From: Octopus sinensis
Taxonomy: Eukaryota
Reading direction: 5' to 3'
Assembly: GCF_006345805.1 (NCBI RefSeq)
Contig: NC_042997.1
Coordinates: 49,538,001-49,602,000 of the forward strand
DNA: 64,000 bases
Position 1 is the stretch's first letter, and every line of letters begins with the position of its first letter. A model generated the notes under the pieces. The model saw only the letters and a program-made list of their open reading frames with translations, did not search any database and was not told where the DNA came from. A program made the position numbers and the translations under genes. Positions 12,211 through 24,973 of this stretch are shown piece by piece.

Positions 12211-12719
12211 AATATGAATATTAAGTTCCTACGTACATTACATCATTGCAGTTAACTGAACCTCATCATTGTATATTCCAAGTGAATTTGGACACCTAAC
12301 AACAAGGGATGATCACGTGGACTTCAGGATCCTAGTTCCCCTGATAGTCCAAATACACTTGATGAGTTCCGATGAATTGCAATGGTGGAACGTACATAGC
12401 AAATAAGTATTTATACTGTTGTTTATATCAATTTACACTATGTCTATGCTCTATTTATCATAACTAGTTGTATTACTTAGCATAATTATCGTCTATCGAC
12501 TTTACTGGAAGACGATGATATAGCTAGAGCTTTGAGTCAACTTGTTGTAGTCGTACATCAAACTGTATTCACAAGATATATATGTGTGTGTGTGTGTGCG
12601 TGTGTGTGCGCGCGCACATGTGTGTGTGTTAGTGTGTGTGCGTGCATGTGTGCGTGCGTGCGTGTGTGTATGTAGATATGTATGTATGTGTGTGTATACA
12701 TATACTACTCTCACCTCAC

Positions 12720-12784
<65 letters not shown>

Positions 12785-12808
12785 GTAAATTTATATTATA
12801 CATACATA

Positions 12809-13374
12809 CACTACCGTCAGAAATTAATTAGCACCCTTGATTTGCTCACCATGAAGCATGGTGGGGGTGGTCTGATGGTGTGAGGGGCGTTCAGCTACAG
12901 TGGTGTTGGGCGGCTCTATGCCGTCGAAGGCAACATCAACGCAGCAAAGTACGTTGAGATAGTACGGGATACCTCTTTGGTGGCGAGGAGTACGTGCTGG
13001 CCAGTCACCTGACCTGAACCCTATTGAGAACCTCTGGAGTCGATTGGGTAGGGATTTGAATGTGCAGCAATACAGGAACCGACACGAGCTGTTTGGGGCA
13101 CTTCTTGCTGCATGAGGGGCCATCCCTGCACAGTACCTGCAGGCACTCATAGACAGCATGCCGACCCGCGTAGCAGCTGTCATTGCTGCCAAAGAGGAGC
13201 AACAAGATATTGACTAAATTTCACGATTAATAATAATTATGTGGTGTGCTGGGATATGTTTTAATAAATTTTTGATTAAAAACGAGTTCGTTTCTGATAA
13301 TAAGTTAATTAAATTAAGAAAATGTAAGAAAATGTAGAAATTTGAGAAGTGCTAATTAATTTCCGACGCAAGTG
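12809..13374 (+). mobile_element. Internally deleted Tc1-like transposon
   Basis: TIRs CACTACCGTCAGAAATTAATTAGCAC / GTGCTAATTAATTTCCGACGCAAGTG with TA TSD; transposase remnants TMKHGGGGLMV*GAF and SPDLNPIENLW. Confidence 0.9.
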
Positions 13375-13418
13375 TATATATATATCAACCACACATACAT
13401 ACATACATATATACATAC

Positions 13419-13450
<32 letters not shown>

Positions 13451-14598
13451 AAACACATACATACTTACACACACATACACATATAAACATATTCACACGC
13501 ACATACACGTATACGATATATATATATATATTATATATATATATGTACGTGTACACACATGAATATATTTGTGTATAAGCATATACATATACATACATAA
13601 TGCATATATGTGTATGTGCATGTGTGTGTGTGTGTATGAATATGATTATTTGCACATCAGTCTTATAACAACGAGGTCAAGTATTTTCTTATCAAATACT
13701 TTCGTAGTCCCATTTGTTCCTTTTCGTGGTTGATTATTCCTATAACATTTTATCATTAATCATTGTTCTTGATTACTTTTGATTAAACACAACAGCAGGT
13801 GAGCCGTGAATCGTTTCGATCTTAACATCCAATGCTGGTATAAATTGTACTTGGACGTAGAACGTTGTAGAATACAACTAAATATCTCGGCAAAATGTAT
13901 TCAGTCTGTGTCTAAAATATATTCGCTGCCAGCTCCATTCTATCATAGTCCTGCTCATATAACTTGTAGCATTTACTAAAGACTTTAGTCCGCCATACTG
14001 ACGATACTTATCATTCAAAGGTCCTACTCTGACACATGACACATGTCACGTGCAACGCTTTATTTTCAGTCTGTCTGGGGGTTGTTTTAAGGTTGCAAAT
14101 ATCCGTGTAATGCTCAACTACTCACACTCCATAATTTGATAAGTACGACCATTGGTCGTATGAGAATACTCATCGTCAAAAGCAGGCGCCATTATCATCG
14201 TCATTGTTGTCGTCAGTAAGGGCTGATGGGGAAACGTCAACAATAATGTTATTATTACATCATCCTCGTTACAATTAGTACAAAGAGCGGTGGTGTTGCT
14301 GATGCGACAAAATGAACTAAACTAAGCATTTTGATAACAATTTCGACGTTCTGAGTTCAAATCTGTCCAAAGTCAAATTTGTCTTTTAGTCTTGCGGGGG
14401 TCGATAGTGTACCAGTCAGATACAATGGTTAATGTAAATGTAGTAAACTCCGTTCAGAATTATTGGCCTTGTGCTCAAATTAGAAAATATCATTATATTT
14501 AGTAATATTCATTTCTTACGTGGACACTGGAACTCAAATTTTGTGGCGGGGGTTACATAAATAATACGTACATGCGTGTCCGAGAGTGTCTCCGTGGA

Positions 14599-14637
<39 letters not shown>

Positions 14638-15543
14638 AAACGTGTACATACATGTATTTGAATATTGTAATAGGAAACCAGGCAATATATATATATAAGA
14701 AATAAATGCCTAAAACAAAAACAAGACACACCCACGACACGCCCGTTCAATCTTCTAACTTCAATCTTCTAATGAGGAGAAACACACAAGTATATTATTT
14801 TAACGAATCCACGCGATGAAAAATAAAATTATCTTCCGTGGTATCTAAACTCATAATGTAACTACCGTAACTAAATGTCGCAAGCTTTTTGTCTTACAAT
14901 CTGAAGCTTCTGAAAATGTCAACCCTGATATATTTTATATTATAATCATTAACATAAGCACAAGGTCTGGGATTTGTGGAATAAAGATAAGTCAACTAAA
15001 TCGTACCCAGTACTTGACTAATACTTTATTGTATAGATCTTGATAGAGTGAAAGGTAAAGCTGACCTCCGCTGGAATTGACTGCAGATGGTAAAGTGTCG
15101 TAACACATATCACTAAGCATTTCTTTTTTATCGACGTCTAACGATTCTGTTGCTGCATTAGCTTGCATAATATAATATTGAATGGAACATATAGAACGTG
15201 GCAGAAAAAAGAAAAGGATGTGTGATATCTTGTTGCCTCCCTTTATGCTGGCTTGAACTTTCATCCGCTGGATGTACAACTATCTTAAAAATTGCAGACT
15301 TGTGCATATATTAGGAGTCGTTATCACAATTTTTAAAAGGAAATTTATACACCAGGAATATGAATGTATACAGGCTTTCTTCTTTGTCTAACTACCAACG
15401 TTTCTGTAAACCTCTACTTATTATTTTGTATTCACTCTGTTGTCAGAATTGTTATTCTCGTTTTAATTTTGAACTTGCTATTCAGACATACACACATGCA
15501 CACATACATATATACATACATAAATGCGCACGCACACACACAG

Positions 15544-15577
<34 letters not shown>

Positions 15578-15608
15578 AAACACACACACACATACATTAT
15601 CTCCCCCC

Positions 15609-15639
<31 letters not shown>

Positions 15640-17723
15640 TCTTTCTCCTCCTCTCTCTCACACACACATAATTGGTGGCATCCATTCTCCATTTCTTGGG
15701 TGTCTTAAAAAATGGAGAAAACTTGGTTCCCTCATTTGATTTGTGGTTCGAAGAATCCAGACTGAAATAAGGGTAACATGAGAAGACTAAATATGATCCC
15801 CAAAGTTGGACCACAGCAGCTCAAATACAGAAACAAACAGAGGAGAGCGATTCACTTTTGTTTATTCCATTCGCTACTATACATATGGACAATCATGATG
15901 GACGCCCTGTCATAATATTGCGGTTCATGATGAGAATAAAGGATTCATTATGATAAAGTATATTTTATTAAGTAATTATGTCGACCGCACAGCTTATGAA
16001 AAGTCAAAACTGACAAAGGTTGGACTTGAAGGCAGAAAATAGACAAAATAACAAACGGAAACTAATCAGTATTTTAGTTTTTAATCCAGAGTTTTCTTTA
16101 TACCACTGTATCGCCCTTAGAAACTATAACGAACATATTCAGCTGAAGTTGAAAGTCAGTGCTGATAAGTTCAAAGATGTCTGCTGATAAAAAAAAGATG
16201 ATAAAATAAAAATCAAGAAGACAAAAAACTGGAAAAAATAAATAAATAAAAGATAGTCTGATAGGGTGACAGAAAGAAGGGTTAGGAATAGATAAACAGA
16301 TAGAGAGGCGAGAAAGAAGGATGGAGTGAGGGAGTAGATAGAAAGTATTTATATATATATATGTGCTGACGAGAAGAGAGGAGCAGTAAAAGTATAACGT
16401 CCCCTGCAGATGGAATAGAAGCGAGCGTGGGATAAGGACTAGTGTGAGAATATTGGTTGCGTTTAGAGAAATGTATTATGATAATACATTGAATTAAGAG
16501 TCACACTAATATTACTGAAATGGCATCTTAACATTCACACAAATACATGATAAATGATATTGTACGCATGATTTTCAAATACACACACACACGCACGCAC
16601 ATATACTCATATCTCACTCTCTCTCACACACACATGTATATATAGAAAATGTGCCCTGTATATGGGAAAAAAACTTAGTTCAATAAGGACTCCATGCACA
16701 ATGAACTGATACCATCTGGTTCGCTTCAAAGATCTTTTCAATGGATTGGATTCTTTATTTACTGAAAAAGAATAGCGAAATTATTGCTAGAGACACGGGC
16801 TTCCAAATTAGAGAACAGTAGCTTAAGCAACCACTGCGCGTTACGGAATCCAGCGTAAATGAAAACATTGTAATGAGAAGCACTCATATTTATTTCCATG
16901 TTTTAAAGAGAGATTTGTTAGCTGCATTCCAATAGAATTTTTTCCAAGATATATTTTTTAAAATGCCAGGCAACACAATCAAGTTTATTAATGAAAATAA
17001 CTTTATCTTAAACGCATATACATAATACTATATAAGAATAAACCATTTTAAGAGCAAAAGAATATCGTAGTAATATTGAAGAAGTGCATTAGGGGTTACT
17101 CGGAATGAGAGGAGGTCTGTCTTTTGTCATGTTGTTCATCATCGTCAGCTCTGCTTCAGAGGAGAAAACCGTATCTAAAGTTGCTTGATGTTCACGGCGC
17201 ATCTGTGAATCGGAGCCCATTATGAAGAAGCTCACTAAGATCGTTATCAGTAAAGTCTTGCAGACGTTCTTCCAACATTGCTTATATTTTAACTATAAAA
17301 ACTTGGTATACGCATTTAAAACAACATTAAATTAACAGAGCTGTTTATGTATCATACTTAACACCACTCCCCATATAAGTATTCATATATATATATATAT
17401 AGACGCGGTTGATGTGTGTGATGCTGTGAAAATCTCTTCAAAGACATGCTGTGTTAAGAACACGGGAAATATTTTAGCAAAAGGAACATCATCTCCAGCA
17501 GTGAGGGCGCCGGGCGCCCTTCAGCTTCCTTGGGCTTTGTCAATAACATGTACACGCTAGTCATACGGTTAAACGCAATCTGTCTCCTCCAATATGCAGT
17601 AAACCGGGAATAATATATTCACTGACATTGCAGAAAGATGCCAAGCTGAATAAAACCTTGTCACACGCAATTGAAACAACGTTAAGTTAAAAGAACCGTA
17701 TACATACCATATTTAACTATATA

Positions 17724-18110
17724 CCAGGTTGAGTCAAAAGTTTTTTTCGTATTTCAAGCTTTAATTGATAGCTCAAGCAAATTACACACGGAAAGCGTTT
17801 ATTCTCAAAATATATTCTATCATATTCTATTGTCTGTTGCCATCATTTTGCCAGAAGCTCGGTTCCACGTTTGTACCATTTCTTTGGATTAGAGGCAAAA
17901 GCTCCCTGCATCCGTTTTCAATGTCATCCACATAGTCCGTGGGAGAAATGAGCCATGATTTGGAAACGGTGGTAACCTGATGCTGTAAGGTCTGGACTGT
18001 AATAAGGGATAGGCAGCGCTTCCAGCCCCTCAAGTTCCACAAGTCTGCGCTTGGTCACATGGCAGTGTGTGTTGGGGGTATTGTTATGTTGTAAGATTGC
18101 ACGTCTTGAA
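17724..18110 (-). mobile_element. Mariner transposase 3' remnant
   Basis: Minus strand VDDIENGCREL...EWYKRGTELL...WQQTIE resembles the mariner C-terminus (FY.RGI..L..RWQ); TIR-like end near 17724. Confidence 0.6.
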
Positions 18111-18597
18111 TTAGCTAATGCCAGAGTAGCGTACTGTCAAAACATCGTATACTAGCTGCAATTGTTGAGCATAAAGGTTAGTGTTTACAGCAAGACAATC
18201 TGGGACACGCTCAAAGTGCAATACTTCCCTCAAAATTCAGGCAGACACACAATACGACCCTTTGTTCAAGCTGTCTTTGTTTGACAACAGGAATAAACGG
18301 AATACTTTAACCTCTCATCTTCAAAACTGAACAACATGTATAGCTGAATTCGTAGATTAAATAACTTTTCTTTATTAACTAAATATATGAAAACACATTG
18401 GAGTATAAAAAAAGGCATTTCTACATAACAGCTTTAAAATATGAAAATGAATTACCCAACTTCATACAATGTCCTAGAATTAATTATCTATTTCAATGAA
18501 ACCAGACAATTCTTAAAAACTCACTTTTATGTCTATCATGTTTAATATATGTTAAAAGTGTATAATTTTTTTTTATCTTGTTTATAATTTTATAACT

Positions 18598-19005
18598 CTA
18601 TTACTCGTTTCAGTCATTTGACTGCGGCCATGCTGGAGCACCGCCTTTAGTCGAGCAAATCGACCCCAGGACTTATTCTTTGTAAGCCCAGTACTTATTC
18701 TATCGGTCTCTTTTGCCGAACCGCTAAGTTACGGGGACGTAGACACACCAGCAACGGTTGTCAAGCAATGCTAGGGGGACAAACACAGACACACAAACAT
18801 AGACACACACATACACACACATATATATATATACATATATACGACGGGCTTCTTTCAGTTTCCATCTACCAAATCCACTCACAAGGCATTGGTCGACCCG
18901 AGGCTATAGCAGAAGACACTTGCCTAAGATGCCACGCAGTAGGACTGAACCCGGAACCACGTGGCTGGTAAGCAAGCTACTTACCACACAGCCACTCCTG
19001 CGCCT
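18598..19005 (-). mobile_element. SINE family A, full copy
   Basis: Family A homology. Confidence 0.88.
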
Positions 19006-20149
19006 TATAAGTTTTATAATTTCATTTTCTTGTTGAATCCCGTTTATCTGCCCACGACAGTTTCTTTTCAATTTGACTGCAATCATTTTCTCTACCTCCA
19101 CACCCAGAATGGAACAATAGTTTAGCTGAAGGCATTCAGCAAGCAGTGCAGGTGATAATTCCTGAAATGCTTCAAAATGCTTCGCAACGTTAAGCAAAGA
19201 TTTGAAATTTGCAAGGATTTTTGATAAAGTTTTGACGTTAAATTTATAAATCTATTTCTTTTGATATCAAAATTAAGTAATAAGCATAAAATTCTGTCAG
19301 TTTTTTTTCTTTAATTCGCCCGATTTCATTGGAGCAAATAGTCAATTCTGGAAAACCCTGTAAAGTAAAAAGGGTAAAGAAAACTGGAAAATGAATATGT
19401 GTAGATACTCCTATGTCACCGTGTCATTGTGTTTTATAACGAGTTTGAAAGAATTTCCCGACTCTGCAAAGTGAAGCATGCGTCAATCAACGAAACATTT
19501 CTTTAAATGTCTAACGAGCAGCTAAGTTTCATTATGTTGAGAGAAATATGTGATAAAATCTAAACGTGACATCTCATAGTTATCATTCACACATAGTTAG
19601 ACGTTGATGTCAACTTCTCGATTCTGCTGTTTATAATTAATTGGTTTTGTTTTCTTTTTATATATAGCACTGTAAAAGAATTTCAAAACGAAGTCTGTTA
19701 ACACAACTATAACAACAAGAACAACGATGATGACGACGATGTCAATGATAACAACAACAACAACAATTACTTCTGCTATTACTGTTGCTGCTACTGCTGC
19801 TGCTGTTGTTGTTGTCGCTATTACTGTCGCCTTCTTCTTCTTCTTCTTCTTCTTCTTCCAATTAGGAAACACTCCATTAGCCACAAAGAATGATCTCTAA
19901 TTCGAGCCTACTCTAAGCTACTAAGAATGCGTGTGGCAACTTGAAGATCCACCCACCATACGCGATAGACTGGCGGCAGTTGCACGGGCATGAAAACTAC
20001 GTTGTTATCCTCATTCCGTAAACGGTGGCTTTTAACGGGTGGAGAGCTGAACCATCCTGGGGTACAGAGGATTCGCAATCTAGACTAGGGTCTGAAAGTT
20101 TACCACACCATAGTGGGTTACACCATGGTTCTTCTGCTTTGTGGCAGAA

Positions 20150-20325
20150 GTAAGAAGAAAGAGTGAGAGAAAGTTGTGGTGAAAGAGTACAGCGGGGTCC
20201 CCCCCCCCCGTGGAGCTTAGGTGCTTTTGCTCAATTAACTCTCACAATGTCCGGTCTGGGAATCGAAACCGTGTTCTTACGACCGCGAGTCCGCTTCCCT
20301 AACCACTGGGCCATTGTACTTCCAC
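20150..20325 (-). mobile_element. SINE family C, partial
   Basis: Homologous to 27700-28006 and 61750-62043. Confidence 0.7.
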
Positions 20326-20989
20326 GCTGTTGTTGTTGTCGCTATTGCTGTTGTTGCTGGTGTTGCTGCTGTTGCTGAATTCTGACATTGGCTGAAGACC
20401 AGTCTTCCTTTTCTCGAAGGTTGTCGTCGTTTTATAATCAATTCTACAACATTACAGGTATTTGTCCTTAGCAGTGAATAAAGTTACTTTGCCTAAAAAA
20501 AAAAAAAATGCCACAACTTCGGCCAGGAATAAAAGTCACTGAAAAGAATACCATTTCCTTTTATTACCATGAATAATAGTTAATGCAATTAAAAATAGAG
20601 TATAATTAATGACACGTAAGTAACTCTATATGATTGGTATACAAGGGCAACATAGTTTATATTATGAAATTATATGTGTGTGAAAAGTATCTTAAACACA
20701 GCAATGATGAAGAATGAAATCGGTGGAATATTTCCTGCAACGTTTTTTTTTCTCTTGAATGTATTTTATTAGTCCCTGAAAGATGAAAAACAAGGATAAC
20801 CACTTGTGGGATTTGAACTGAGAATGTGAATAGCTTAATGTTTTATTTCCGTAGTTAGCTTTACAACAGATCGCATTATGACATTTAAACCTTTAAAAAC
20901 AAAGAAACAGTAAAAAAAAAGCTAAAAAAGGAAATGAAAGATAAGTGAGAAAAGCAGCAGAAGATGGAGGGGAGGAGGCTGACGGGCCA

Positions 20990-21450
20990 CACACGAATGG
21001 TGTGCTCAGTCGCGTTCCGTGGTAATGACCACAGTGGCGTTGTCGCGGAGAATGGCCAGTGACATTCGCTGCAACAGCTATTCCACCTCGCGGGGTTCAT
21101 TTCTTAGACTAGCTGGTGTTATCCCGATTTTGCGGAAGAAATCGGTAGTACGGGGGCCGAGAACACCTTACGTCTCGATAATGGGTGACACAAAGTGACT
21201 GCGGCCATTTAGACTCCTGTATTTATTGAGTTTTTCTCCTCCGCATTATGGGCGACGGCACCTGGGTTTTGGGCCGGTGCAGCAAGGTTAGAGCCGAATG
21301 TGAAGAGGGTTATTCTGTTGGGGCGCTTACCGTCGAGACCTACTGGCATTTTGCTGAACTGATCTGCAATGTCAGTTATGACAGCGCCGGCTGGCAATAG
21401 GCTACACTACCCGTTAGATTCGGTGGCACTGGTCTTCGTTCCACATTGTG
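20990..21450. mobile_element. CRE-like RLE non-LTR retrotransposon relic with internal inversion
   Basis: Minus strand ~21350-21020: PVGLDGKRPNRITLF...IET*GVLGP...LLQRMSLAILRDNA (RLE domain, QRxSxAxxRGNA end); plus strand ~21353-21445: ICNVSYDSAGWQ*ATLPVRFGGTGLRS (RT thumb). Confidence 0.75.
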
Positions 21451-22789
21451 CCAGGCTTTGAAGGCCTAAATTCCCCCGCTCCCCTCCACTTGCACCCTTA
21501 TCAGCGAGTTACTCTACAGGATGATCGAACTAGATTCGGCTCAGGATCTGGAGTCAGATTGGAGCTATTGTAGAAAATGTATTACTAATATTGTGGCGTT
21601 GAAATTACATCATTGCCCAGACTTGTGAGTAGCTTACTTTTGGCTCCACAGCATTTACTTACTCTCTGTATTATATGACATGATGATGAAGTGAAACACG
21701 TTTAAAATGTTTTAAGGTTTAGGTTTAAATATTTCTTTTATAAGGTCACACTGACTAATTTACTCTACTGAAATGTAGGGGGGTATTTTAAGACAGACAT
21801 ATATCTGTTTCAGTTTTTTAAACAATATAAAAAGGTCAGTCACTACGACTACATTTTTGAAAAATGAATAACTCATTGTTATTTGTTATCATTATCAATA
21901 TTTCTTTGCTAAGGCTTTGGAGTGTACAGACGGTAAAATGGCAAACAAAATACATTGTAATATTGAATTACTTTACCGATTTGTTTCCTTCCGGTCTATC
22001 GATTCTACCCACACAAAAAGGTTTATCCTTGTTCTTTAGTTACAAAATTTCCCCATTCATTTTTTTCTTTTTCATTTTGTATCCTGAAATTGTGAAACCG
22101 CAAAATCTGTAGAATGCCGGACGAAATGAGAATTTTAGTTGAATTCATATCATGCTTAGGTGTTTTGACAGTCGACTGTATTGTTTCTTTCTCTCCCTTT
22201 TTGTCTCACAATGTTCTCGATGGTATTTCTCTGCAGATCTTGACGAATATTGAAACTCCACGTTGTTTTGTAATGAGCAAAAGCTTACCAGTTGTTCAGG
22301 AAATCATTGAAGCACTTCAGCTCCTCTTCTTTTGCTTCAATCGTTGGTTGACCTCTAATCAAAGAACGTGTTCTGCTCACATAAAGCAGTTCATTGCATT
22401 GGTAGCTTCGATGATGTTATTTTATTTATTATTTTTTTTTTTAGCTTCTTCGAGGACGCTAGTGTTACTTATGTAGGCCTTTCATCTGATCTCGAAGATG
22501 CTACGTAGGTAATGCCGCTGGAAACATTGTGATTGGAACTGAACGAAGTTAACAGCCCTTCGAATAGTCAACGATGGCCAATTTGATCGAATTGCAGGAC
22601 GATGAAAATGATGAGTGAAAATGGAAGAGGAGAGTAGTTTAATTGTTGTTTCAATATGTGTCAATATGGTGTATAACACACTTGATTCACCGCTATCTCA
22701 TACACATGCACATGTATGGTCGTATTCACTTGTCTTTGTAATCAATTTTTGTAACATATTGTTGCACGAATCAATAGGATCTAAGGAAA

Positions 22790-22887
22790 ATAATAATAAC
22801 AATGTTATTATTATTATTATTACTCTTCTTCTTCTTCTTCTTCTTCTTCTTCTTCTTCTTCTTCTTCTTCTTCTTCTTCTTCTTCTT

Positions 22888-22918
<31 letters not shown>

Positions 22919-22921
22919 TTC

Positions 22922-22952
<31 letters not shown>
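22790..22952. repeat. (TTA)n/(CTT)n compound microsatellite at the 3' junction of the Dong-like element
   Basis: Direct sequence. Confidence 0.95.
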
Positions 22953-22953
<1 letters not shown>

Positions 22954-24319
22954 GTTCAGTAGTTTTATTTTTATAGCGTGCTTTCACTTCACTACCGAGC
23001 GCAGCTCTGTGTGCCTTGGGTATATGCTGTGATTTGTTGTGATGCTCTGATGGTTATTTTATGGAAAGTGTTCTGCGTAGGATGTGTGCAGTGCCTAGTA
23101 GTGCAATTTTCTGTATGTTATATGTGTTTGTAAGTCCTGGTGTTTTTGTTATGTATTTGTCTGATATTTTTTATCATGCCTAATGCACCTACTATGATAG
23201 GAATTGTTTCTGTTTTCAGATTCCACATTCTAGTTACCTCTATTTCAAGTCTTTGTATTTTGAGAGTTTCTCCATTTCTTTTAGAGACACGTTGTCATCT
23301 GCCGGTATTGATACATCAATTAGAAAGCATTTTTTTTCTTCATGATCTCTGACAACTATATCTGGTCTGTTGGCTTAATTTCTCTATCTGTGTGTATCGG
23401 CATATCCCAGAGTATGGTTGCTTTCTCGTTTTCTGTGACCTTTTCTGGTGTGTGCCTATACCATCTTTTTTCTGTTGTTATTCCATAATGTTGGCATAGC
23501 TTCCAATGTATGTAGGTTCCAACTCTGTCATGTCTGTGAATATATTCTTTGTTAGCCAGGACTGGGCAGCTAGAGATAATATGATTTATTGTTCTTGTCC
23601 ATCTCCACATATTCTGCGTTACTTGTAATATTTCTTTTCATTACATGTTTTTGGTAATTTCTGGTGGGGAGGCTTTGGTCTTGTGCTGCAATTAAAAATC
23701 CCTCTGTTTCTGCTTTGAGTCCTGAGCTTCTCAACCATTGCTGGGATTTTTCTTTGTCTATTTCTTTTGCGTTTAGTTTAGTCCAGTATTTACCATGAAG
23801 GGGCTTTCTTGCCATCGTTTTATCATGGTTCGTTGCTGTTCTATTTAGTTTGGATTCATTTGTTTTATAGCTTTTGTTGTTCTCATCTCTCTTCTTCTTC
23901 TTTCTTCTTCTTCTTCTTCTTCTTCTTCTTCTTCTTCTTCTTCTTCTTTCTTCTTCTTCTCTTCTTCTTCTTCTTCTTCTTCATGTTTATTAGGTGGTAT
24001 GATTTCTTGTTTGTATTTGTCAGCTTCCTTAAATACTGAGAACAGTTTTTGTTTTGCTCGTGTTTTGCCGCTATCTGGATCAGTTTCCTTCCTTCTGAAG
24101 TAGATATTTTTGCAGTCCTATGGTGGTTACTTTATAGTAGTTTTCCAGCTGTATAAGGCCTCTACCACCTTCTATACGTTGTATATATAGTCTTTCTACG
24201 TCAGATTTGGGTGATGCATCCTAGATCCTGTCATTATTTTTCTTGTTTTCCTATCTATTTTGGACAGTTCATTTCGTGTCCAGTTAAGGATATTGTAGCT
24301 GTAACTTATAACTGGGACA

Positions 24320-24320
<1 letters not shown>
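22953..24320 (-). mobile_element. 5'-truncated R4/Dong-clade RLE non-LTR retrotransposon inserted in (TAA)n
   Basis: RT thumb DVERLYIQRIEGGRGL, KPLHGKY, AAQDQSL, CCHC knuckle (C..C...TINHIISSC), RHD, PD-(D/E)xK RLE (RPDIVV...LIDVSIP...EKLSKYKDL); (TTA)n on both flanks. Confidence 0.92.
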
Positions 24321-24380
<60 letters not shown>

Positions 24381-24384
24381 GTGA

Positions 24385-24937
24385 GTCAGAGAGCAGGGCA
24401 TGCCATCAAAGTGACACTGGGGTGAAATATACGAAGCCCAGTATACCCATCATGTCTACCCGTATGATAAGGGTACACTAAGCACATGCATCACAACCAT
24501 ATGTGCGCGACACGGTGATCTCATATCAAGATAAACAGCACATGACCTTGCAGGTGGGGCCCAGTTAAAATTTTCTTCTGGTCGAGTAACCCATCCCGCT
24601 CAAAAGGTCCCTGAATTAGGGTTGTTTAAGGATGTTGAACGAAACACCCATGTTTCCAGAGGTGAATTATTCAAACCCCAAAGAATCCCTCTCAACACAC
24701 GGCTATGATGCTCCCCCACTACTTCTGTTCGTGATCAGAGATGCACATATCGTCAGCCACTAAGGGCCACGGTCAACTGGTTAAGGTCAAACAACTGACA
24801 AGCAAATCTGTGGTATTGAGCAGAATATTTGCTGTAGCCCATCTTTTATACCAAGACAAAACAGTGTACATGATAACGCTTCCAATCAGTTAAGATCAGC
24901 AGCCATGAGAGCCACTGCCTGGTACTGCATCAGGGCA
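24385..24937 (-). mobile_element. Non-coding repeat family D (~550 bp) inside (TAA)n
   Basis: Starts TGCCCTGATGCAGTACCAGGC and ends GCTCTCTGACTC followed by (AAT)n; homologues at 31575, 34806 and 35788. Confidence 0.8.

Positions 24938-24973
<36 letters not shown>

Noticed and set aside
18904-19197. 97-aa minus-strand ORF as a host exon
   Set aside because: No recognisable motif, weak splice signals, and the 3' third is SINE sequence
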